From NCBI GenBank assembly GCA_903916665.1, contig CAIWXP010000079.1:1-11774 (forward strand): a stretch of 11,774 nt of DNA, read 5' to 3'. The position numbers were made by a program, and so were the translations under genes. The notes beneath the pieces were generated by a model. The model was not told the DNA's origin. It searched no databases and saw only the letters and a program-made list of their open reading frames with translations. Below are positions 6,098 through 11,774 of this stretch, in pieces. This stretch comes from Candidatus Iainarchaeum sp. Lineage in GTDB: Archaea; Iainarchaeota; Iainarchaeia; Iainarchaeales; 0-14-0-20-30-16. Every line of letters begins with the position of its first letter. Position 1 is the stretch's first letter.

Positions 6098-7141
6098 ATG
6101 AAAGTATATAAAAAAAGTTTTAAAGACTTGTTTTTTGAATTAGGTGTAGAATCAATAGATGATTTATGGGTTTTAAGCCTGTTTATTACAGAAGGGGATA
6201 GAGCTGGTACTCAAACTACGAGACGTTTTAGAGTTGGGGATAGTGTAGATTCTGAAAAAAAGCAAGTTTTTATTAAAATTGATGTAAAAAGTATAAAATT
6301 GGATTTGGATTTGCAAACATTAAAGGTAATAGGTATTATTGAATCTGGTTTCCCGAGCCAATATGTTAATGTGGGCGAACATCATAGTTTTGATTTACAC
6401 GTTGGCGATAAAATAAGCATCAACAAAAGTATTTTGTTGGAAATACAAAAAAAGATTTTGACCAAAGCCATGGATAAAAAAATAAATAGTAAAGTCTATT
6501 TGGTAGTGTTAGATGACGATTCCTGTGTTATTGCTAGCTTAAATGAATCGCGCTATAACATAATCACAGAAATTAGTTTTAGAGGGTCAGGAAAAAGAGA
6601 TCCTGCTATAAAAGAAGGTTCGAGACAAAATTATTTTGATTCCATATTAAAAGTAATTACCAATGATCAATTTGATAATTGCATTATTGGCGGGCCTGGA
6701 TTTGAAAAAGAAAATTTACAAAAATATATATTACAAAAAGTTACAGATAAAAAACTTTTGGGCAAATTTACATTTACTCAAGCAGCAAGTCCAGGAATAT
6801 CGGGAATAAAAGAATTAATTAACGGAGGGGCAGTTAAACGAATATTAAATGATTTAACTGTTCAAAAAGATTCTGATTTAATTGATGAATTCTTATTGCA
6901 TTTGGCAAAAGATAAGCCAGTTACCTATGGGTTAGTTCAAATTAAAGAAGAACTAAATAAAAATGCATTGAGAATGGTTTTAATTAGCGATAAATTTTTT
7001 CATGAAAATTTTAACGAGATAAAAAATTTGTTATTATTATTAGAAGACAATAAAATTGAATATCACATTTTAAATTCAAATGCAGAGCCAGGAAGAATAT
7101 TAGATAATATGACCGGAATTGCTGCATTTTTATATTATTAG
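6098..7141 (+). CDS. pelA: Archaeal Pelota (Dom34 homologue), ribosome rescue / no-go decay factor
   Basis: 347 aa. Pelota-type N-terminus (VESIDDLWVLSLFITEGDRAGTQTTRR), central GGPGFEKENL motif, and a C-terminal eRF1-like domain 3 (LISDKFF...LEDNKIEYHILNSNAEPGRIL..MTGIAAFLYY). Confidence 0.9.
   Translation: MKVYKKSFKDLFFELGVESIDDLWVLSLFITEGDRAGTQTTRRFRVGDSVDSEKKQVFIKIDVKSIKLDLDLQTLKVIGIIESGFPSQYVNVGEHHSFDLHVGDKISINKSILLEIQKKILTKAMDKKINSKVYLVVLDDDSCVIASLNESRYNIITEISFRGSGKRDPAIKEGSRQNYFDSILKVITNDQFDNCIIGGPGFEKENLQKYILQKVTDKKLLGKFTFTQAASPGISGIKELINGGAVKRILNDLTVQKDSDLIDEFLLHLAKDKPVTYGLVQIKEELNKNALRMVLISDKFFHENFNEIKNLLLLLEDNKIEYHILNSNAEPGRILDNMTGIAAFLYY
6653..6660. repeat. GTAATTAC palindrome copy (coding, pelota, V-I-T)
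   Basis: Exact 8-mer; context aaaaGTAATTACcaat. Confidence 0.9.
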
Positions 7142-7182
7142 CCCATTAATAGGGTAATTTTGTATGTTGGTTTGGTGAATAT

Positions 7183-8067
7183 ATGTATTTAGTAACTATT
7201 AATAGAAATATATCGGCAGAGGAATTTAAAAAAATATTAACAAATTTAAAAATTGATAAAATTGCACATCAAGTAGACTCATGGAATTATAGTAATATTT
7301 TATTTCCTAGAAAACCTGATTTTTTTAATGGAATTTCACAAATAATAGAATTATATAATGAGTTTGAAGTTACGACCATTAGTGAAATTGTAGATAAAAT
7401 TAGTAAATATAAAATAAAACAAATAAATGCTAAAATTAAAAAAGATTTAAAATTTCACAAACAAGCAATTGAAGAAAGATTTTTAAGAAAAAACAAATTT
7501 TATAATGATGGAATTATATTATATTTAGAAGCAAAACATAGAGGGAATAAGATATATTGTAGAATAGGAAAAATATTATCAGAAACTCCCGAATCTAAAA
7601 TAAGTTTAATAGAAAAATTACCAACTATGAAAGTAAAAGAAATTGCTTTGTTATTGGAAAATACATCCAATGCAAACGAGATTGCTGATTTTTTAAGATT
7701 GGGTGTTGCATTGCAATGCAATATATTTTTTAAAACAAATAAAGATATGACAAAAGAAATTCTAGATGCACAAAAATTATTCAAATCCAATAAAATAAAA
7801 TATAAAATTATTTCGGATTTAAAAGAAATAAAGGACTATTATTTAATTGGTTTTAGCCTATGGGGAAAAGAAAACGAAAAATCATTATTAACTATAAATG
7901 AAAATAAAATTATGTTATTGTTTGGTAATGAGAATAGAGGGTTGTTAAAAGAAACCATGGATGCATGCAATAAAACAGTTTACTTGGGACCAAAAAGCTC
8001 GGAACCATTAAGAGCAAATCAAGCGGCAGCCTACGCCTATGGTATTTTAAGTATAAATGGTAAGTGA
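7183..8067 (+). CDS. SPOUT (SpoU/TrmH-like) RNA methyltransferase with an unassigned N-terminal extension of about 150 aa
   Basis: The C-terminal third carries SpoU-type motifs: IMLLFGNENRGLLKETMDACNKTVYL and SEPLRANQAAAYAYGIL (knot region). The N-terminal half matches nothing I recognise. GGTGA (7174..7178) lies 4 nt upstream of the ATG. Confidence 0.65.
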   Translation: MYLVTINRNISAEEFKKILTNLKIDKIAHQVDSWNYSNILFPRKPDFFNGISQIIELYNEFEVTTISEIVDKISKYKIKQINAKIKKDLKFHKQAIEERFLRKNKFYNDGIILYLEAKHRGNKIYCRIGKILSETPESKISLIEKLPTMKVKEIALLLENTSNANEIADFLRLGVALQCNIFFKTNKDMTKEILDAQKLFKSNKIKYKIISDLKEIKDYYLIGFSLWGKENEKSLLTINENKIMLLFGNENRGLLKETMDACNKTVYLGPKSSEPLRANQAAAYAYGILSINGK

Positions 8068-9175
8068 TTATATGATAATTGATGTACCCATGCACGATAA
8101 ATTTGAAGAATTAAAAAAAGTATTAAATGGTATTAAAAAAGGAGAAAAAATATTAATTATTGGAGATAGCGATGGTGATGGAATTCCAGGAGCAGCAATA
8201 TTTGCGAAGATATTAAAGAAATTAGGATTAGAATATAAAAAAGATTTTCAAGTAGTGTTTGTTGAACATGATTTTAGGAATTTTATAAAAGAAAATAAAG
8301 AACAGCAAGAATATTTTAAAACTTTTAATTATCTATTTTTAATTGATATGTCCATGGATGATTATTCGTTCTTAACAAATAATTATATTTGTGTTATAGA
8401 TCATCATAAAGCAGAAGGAAAGGTTAATTTAATGATTAATCCGATGTATGACTCGGAAATGAAAAACAAAATAAATTGTTGTGCCTGTGCATTATGCTAT
8501 TGCATATATAGTTATATGTTTGGCGAAAATAAAATATTGCAAAAAATTGCATTTTCTGCATCTGTTGCAGATTGGTTTCCAATGGGTTCCTTGCCCTATT
8601 TGAATATTTCAAAAGATGATCCAGAATATTTTGTAAATGGAGGCTATGTTATTCCATCAATTTATCCATTAACAACAATATGTTATTTGGCCAAAGATTT
8701 AGAATTTGGTTCTAGTTGGGCTTTTGAAAAATTCTTTTTTGAAACGGATAAAGATTTAAAGTCAATAGCAATATTACCATTAAATTTTTATCAAAAATTA
8801 AATAAACAACATATTAATGCATCAAAAATAATGCAAACTGTTTTTGATACTGCCGAAACTTATACTAATTTAGTAATATTGGTTTTAAAAGAAAAAGATA
8901 GAGAATATAAAGTTACAATAAATACCACTTTACAAGCAGTTTATTCAAATGTTACGAGTATAGTTTGTTTTGAAAATAAAAAAGAAAAAGGTTATAACCT
9001 TTCAACTAGATCTCAAATAATTGATTTAGTTAAATTAGGAGATTTTGTTAAATCACAATTAAAAACAATGTCTGGCGGGGGGCATTCTGTTGCTGCCGGT
9101 TTTTTTGTTAAAAAAACAGAATTTGAAAAATGTAAAAAGCTAATAATTGAAAACTATGAAAAGTTTAGAAAGTGA
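8057..9175 (+). CDS. DHH/DHHA1 phosphoesterase, archaeal RecJ/GAN-like
   Basis: Motifs ILIIGDSDGDGIPGAAIF (DHH motifs I-II), VIDHHK (motif III) and GGGHSVAAGF (DHHA1). An alternative start at ATG 8072 lies just after AGTGAT and would remove the 11-nt overlap with the upstream gene. Confidence 0.85.
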   Translation: MVSDYMIIDVPMHDKFEELKKVLNGIKKGEKILIIGDSDGDGIPGAAIFAKILKKLGLEYKKDFQVVFVEHDFRNFIKENKEQQEYFKTFNYLFLIDMSMDDYSFLTNNYICVIDHHKAEGKVNLMINPMYDSEMKNKINCCACALCYCIYSYMFGENKILQKIAFSASVADWFPMGSLPYLNISKDDPEYFVNGGYVIPSIYPLTTICYLAKDLEFGSSWAFEKFFFETDKDLKSIAILPLNFYQKLNKQHINASKIMQTVFDTAETYTNLVILVLKEKDREYKVTINTTLQAVYSNVTSIVCFENKKEKGYNLSTRSQIIDLVKLGDFVKSQLKTMSGGGHSVAAGFFVKKTEFEKCKKLIIENYEKFRK

Positions 9176-9179
9176 ATTC

Positions 9180-10016
9180 ATGAATATTGATGGTATTTAT
9201 TTTGGAACATCTGGTGTTCCAGATAATTATTTTAAAACAAAGTATAAAAAAGACCGGAAGAATATTGTTGATTGGCTCCACGATTTAAATTTAAATGCCT
9301 ATGAACATTTGTACACCTATGGTGTTAGAGGTTCTGAAGAAAAGAATGAATATATTAAACGAAAAGTCAACGAATATAATATAATGTTATCTTTGCATTC
9401 TCCTTACTATATTGTTTTAACAAGTGATAAAAAAGAAACCATTGAAAATTCACAAAAAGAATTATTAAAAACATTAGATAGTGCAAAATATTTTAATTGT
9501 AAAAGAATAGTTTTGCACCCTGGGTTTACAAATAATAAAGATGCTTTGAAAAGTTTTATAAAAAATTTAAAAGAAACAATTGCAATACACGAATATGCAA
9601 AATATATTGTTCCAGAAACTATGGGCAAAAAATCTCAATTAGGATCTTTAGATGATATAATAGAAATTTGTAGAGAAACAGGAATTAAACCCTGCATAGA
9701 TTTTGGTCATTTGCACGCTCGTGATCAAGGTTGCTTAAATAATGAAAATGATTTTAAGAATATTATTGAGAAATTAGAAAATAGTTTAGGTAAAGCAAGT
9801 ATTAAAAATCTACATTGTCACTTTTATCCTGTAGCCTATACTGACAAAGGAGAAAAGGTTCATAGGGCTGCAATGGAAGAAGATGCATTTCCTAAATTTA
9901 TACATTTTGCCCCAATAATAAAAGAATTTAATCTAGAACCAGTATTAATATCAGAATCCCATAATAGTCAAGATATTGGTGCTTTGCAAATGAAAGATAT
10001 TTTAAGTAAACTGTGA
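9180..10016 (+). CDS. AP endonuclease family 2 (Endo IV-like) / xylose-isomerase-like TIM-barrel protein
   Basis: Motif series LHSPYYIVL, IVLHPGF, VPETMGKKSQLGS, CIDFGHLHA and LHCHF resembles the metal-ligand strands of the Endo IV fold. The ORF track starts at ATG 9147, a 29-nt overlap with the upstream gene. I prefer ATG 9180 (MNIDGIYFGTSG), 4 nt after the upstream TGA. The start is uncertain. Confidence 0.7.
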   Translation: MNIDGIYFGTSGVPDNYFKTKYKKDRKNIVDWLHDLNLNAYEHLYTYGVRGSEEKNEYIKRKVNEYNIMLSLHSPYYIVLTSDKKETIENSQKELLKTLDSAKYFNCKRIVLHPGFTNNKDALKSFIKNLKETIAIHEYAKYIVPETMGKKSQLGSLDDIIEICRETGIKPCIDFGHLHARDQGCLNNENDFKNIIEKLENSLGKASIKNLHCHFYPVAYTDKGEKVHRAAMEEDAFPKFIHFAPIIKEFNLEPVLISESHNSQDIGALQMKDILSKL

Positions 10017-10027
10017 GTTGTATATTT

Positions 10028-11011
10028 ATGAGTTCATTAATAATTAAAGATATTGTATATGGTGAGTTTGAAATTACAGAACCTGTATTAATTGAATTAA
10101 TAAATTCAAAACCTGTTCAAAGATTAAAAAATATTTGGCAACATGGTTTGCCAAAAAAATATTATTATATGCCAACCTTTACAAGGTATGATCATTCCTT
10201 AGGAGTAATGTTATTATTGAGAAAATTAAATGTAAGTTTAGAAGAACAGATTGCTGGCTTATTACACGATGTTTCGCACACTGCATTTTCACATGTTGCT
10301 GATTATTTTTATGGAACTATGGGAAAAGACGATTATCAGGATTCTATTTTAGATGAATTTCTTTTGCAAACAGAAATACCTCAAATATTAAAAAAATATA
10401 GTTTAAATGTTGAGAATATTTTGAGTAGTGAAAAATATACTTTATTGGATAGGCCAGTACCTTCGCTATGTGCTGACAGATATGATTATGCAATAAGAGA
10501 AATATATATGATGAAATCAAAAACTGACGCGGCAAATTTAACAAATTCTCTAACAACTAAAAATCAAGAAATGGTTTTTAAAGATTATGATTCTGCAAAT
10601 TTATTTTCAAATTATTTTTTAGAATTTCAAAAAACGCATTGGGGCGAACCAGGAGATATGTATAGATATTTGTTTTTTGCAAATCTATTAAAATATGCAA
10701 TAGATAAAAAGGTAATTTTAGAAACTGACTTTCGTAAAGACGATTATTATATTATAAATAAATTAGAAAATTCAAAAGATATTTTTATTCTTAATGCTTT
10801 AGAAAAAGTTAAAACAAAATTTAAATTTAAAATAGTAGAGTCAGAAGAAGACCATTTGTTGGTAAATAAGTTTAGATATGTTGATGCAAAATATTTTGAT
10901 AATAATAGACAAATAAAAAAAGTTTCAGAAACAAATTTGAAATTTAAAAGAGATTTAGAAATAGCAAAACTAATTCACGAAAAAGGATATAAAATAAAGT
11001 TATTAAATTAA
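10028..11011 (+). CDS. HD-domain metal-dependent phosphohydrolase (dNTPase/SAMHD1-like HD core)
   Basis: RYDHSLGVMLLLRKL ... AGLLHDVSHTAFSHVADYF gives the H...HD...D pattern of the HD superfamily. The ORF track starts at GTG 10013, overlapping the upstream stop. ATG 10028 (MSSLIIKD) is the alternative used here. Confidence 0.75.
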   Translation: MSSLIIKDIVYGEFEITEPVLIELINSKPVQRLKNIWQHGLPKKYYYMPTFTRYDHSLGVMLLLRKLNVSLEEQIAGLLHDVSHTAFSHVADYFYGTMGKDDYQDSILDEFLLQTEIPQILKKYSLNVENILSSEKYTLLDRPVPSLCADRYDYAIREIYMMKSKTDAANLTNSLTTKNQEMVFKDYDSANLFSNYFLEFQKTHWGEPGDMYRYLFFANLLKYAIDKKVILETDFRKDDYYIINKLENSKDIFILNALEKVKTKFKFKIVESEEDHLLVNKFRYVDAKYFDNNRQIKKVSETNLKFKRDLEIAKLIHEKGYKIKLLN

Positions 11012-11013
11012 AT

Positions 11014-11757
11014 TTATTTCTTTGCTATTTTCCAAAGTTGTTCAAAATATTTCTTGTAGTTTTCTGCAAATTCTTCATTTTCAATAACTACTGCAAATGG
11101 TTCTTTTGTCCATGACTGTAATACTACTTTATTTGAATAAATTTGCGTTGCTGCTGGTGAAATAGAAGTAATTGGCATAAATTTGTAATTTACATATTGC
11201 ATTGATTTGGGAAACTGATTAATCTTTTTTTTGACATCAGAAGTATTATTATAAATTATTTTCATCCAAATCTTTTTTTTAATTCGTTCCTGATGCCAAT
11301 GTTCCATAAATACTGGAATTACTTCATAGGATGAACGAGAGCTTCCAAAAGATAAAAATTCTTTAACATTGGATTTTAATATATCATTCATTACTGCCTT
11401 TAATCCTTCTTTTCCTTCATAAATTTCAACTTTTGGTCTTTTTTGTCCCTTAGTTTTATGCAATAATTCTAATTTGGGCAAAACATTTTGTAAAAGTACT
11501 TCCTTTTCTTTTAAACTTAATAATAGTTCTTTTGGATCTGATGCTCTAAAATATTTTTTTCTTTCTAATTTTGAATAGGATATTAAGCCAATGTTAATTA
11601 ACCTTTCCAATATATCATAGGTTAATGTTCTTGGTAAATCACTTTTCAGCGCAATATCATTTGCTGTTGAGTCTCCTAGAGATAAACAAGCCAGGTAAGT
11701 TTTGGCTTCCTTTTCACTCAATCCATATTCTTTTAAAGCAATTAATAAATTATCCAT
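11014..11757 (-). CDS. TrmB-family transcriptional regulator
   Basis: 247 aa. The N-terminal TrmB-type wHTH reads LKEYGLSEKEAKTYLACLSLGDSTANDIALKSDLPRTLTYDILERLINIGLISY, followed by a coiled-coil linker and a C-terminal effector-like domain. Confidence 0.9.
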   Translation of the reverse strand: MDNLLIALKEYGLSEKEAKTYLACLSLGDSTANDIALKSDLPRTLTYDILERLINIGLISYSKLERKKYFRASDPKELLLSLKEKEVLLQNVLPKLELLHKTKGQKRPKVEIYEGKEGLKAVMNDILKSNVKEFLSFGSSRSSYEVIPVFMEHWHQERIKKKIWMKIIYNNTSDVKKKINQFPKSMQYVNYKFMPITSISPAATQIYSNKVVLQSWTKEPFAVVIENEEFAENYKKYFEQLWKIAKK

Positions 11758-11774
11758 AATAATATTATAAAAAT

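Noticed and set aside
120-6660. GTAATTAC excess explained purely by codon usage, with Val-Ile-Thr encoded by the preferred AT-rich codons.
   Set aside because: This accounts for only part of the signal. Four copies are non-coding or at a stop codon. Two coding copies use a different frame (Asn-Tyr). The symmetry extends beyond the three codons to 10-14 bp. VIT itself appears over-represented and confined to the left 6.7 kb. A codon-shuffled null is still needed and is listed as the refutation test.
8057-11011. DHH + Endo IV-like + HD genes interpreted as an anti-phage nuclease module.
   Set aside because: There are no sensor or NTPase components such as STAND, SMC/ABC-type or TIR/Sir2 domains. 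The genes appear co-transcribed with pelota and a SPOUT methyltransferase. All have plausible housekeeping roles. The sequence gives no specific support for defence.
1-11774. CRISPR arrays, transposases/integrases, IS inverted repeats and prophage or defence-island signatures.
   Set aside because: No regularly spaced direct repeats with unique spacers. No recombinase-like ORFs. The gene content is core information-processing. The only iterated element is the short GTAATTAC palindrome, which has no spacer periodicity.

Overview
This is a very AT-rich (by eye about 25-30% GC), tightly packed archaeal housekeeping locus. The gene content is TFE, aPelota, ABCE1, a TrmB-type regulator and an initiator tRNA with A1:U72. 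Together with the compactness, this suggests a small-genome, DPANN-like archaeon; that lineage call is inference. I support 14 protein genes and one tRNA. On the minus strand: a partial NOX/ferric-reductase-type di-haem membrane protein (missing from the ORF track because it runs off the left edge), a membrane-anchored cytochrome b5-like protein, a small wHTH-like ORF, tRNA-dihydrouridine synthase, a GT2 glycosyltransferase, tRNAi-Met(CAT), TFE-alpha and ABCE1. On the plus strand, an apparent operon: aPelota, a SPOUT methyltransferase, a RecJ-like DHH phosphoesterase, an Endo IV-like TIM barrel and an HD phosphohydrolase. A convergent TrmB-family regulator closes the window. I saw no CRISPR array, transposase/integrase or recognisable defence genes. 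The most unusual signal is at the DNA level. The 8-bp palindrome GTAATTAC (extended form ACAGTAATTACTGT) occurs 12 times, 10 of them within 3.8 kb, in both coding and intergenic DNA. One copy sits in operator position at the promoter of the wHTH ORF. Secondary observations are the divergent ABCE1/pelota pair sharing a 57-bp control region with a 12-bp direct repeat, a pelota-led nucleic-acid-processing operon, a cytochrome b5 + NOX-like electron-transfer pair, and the TFE stop codon overlapping the 5' end of the initiator tRNA.
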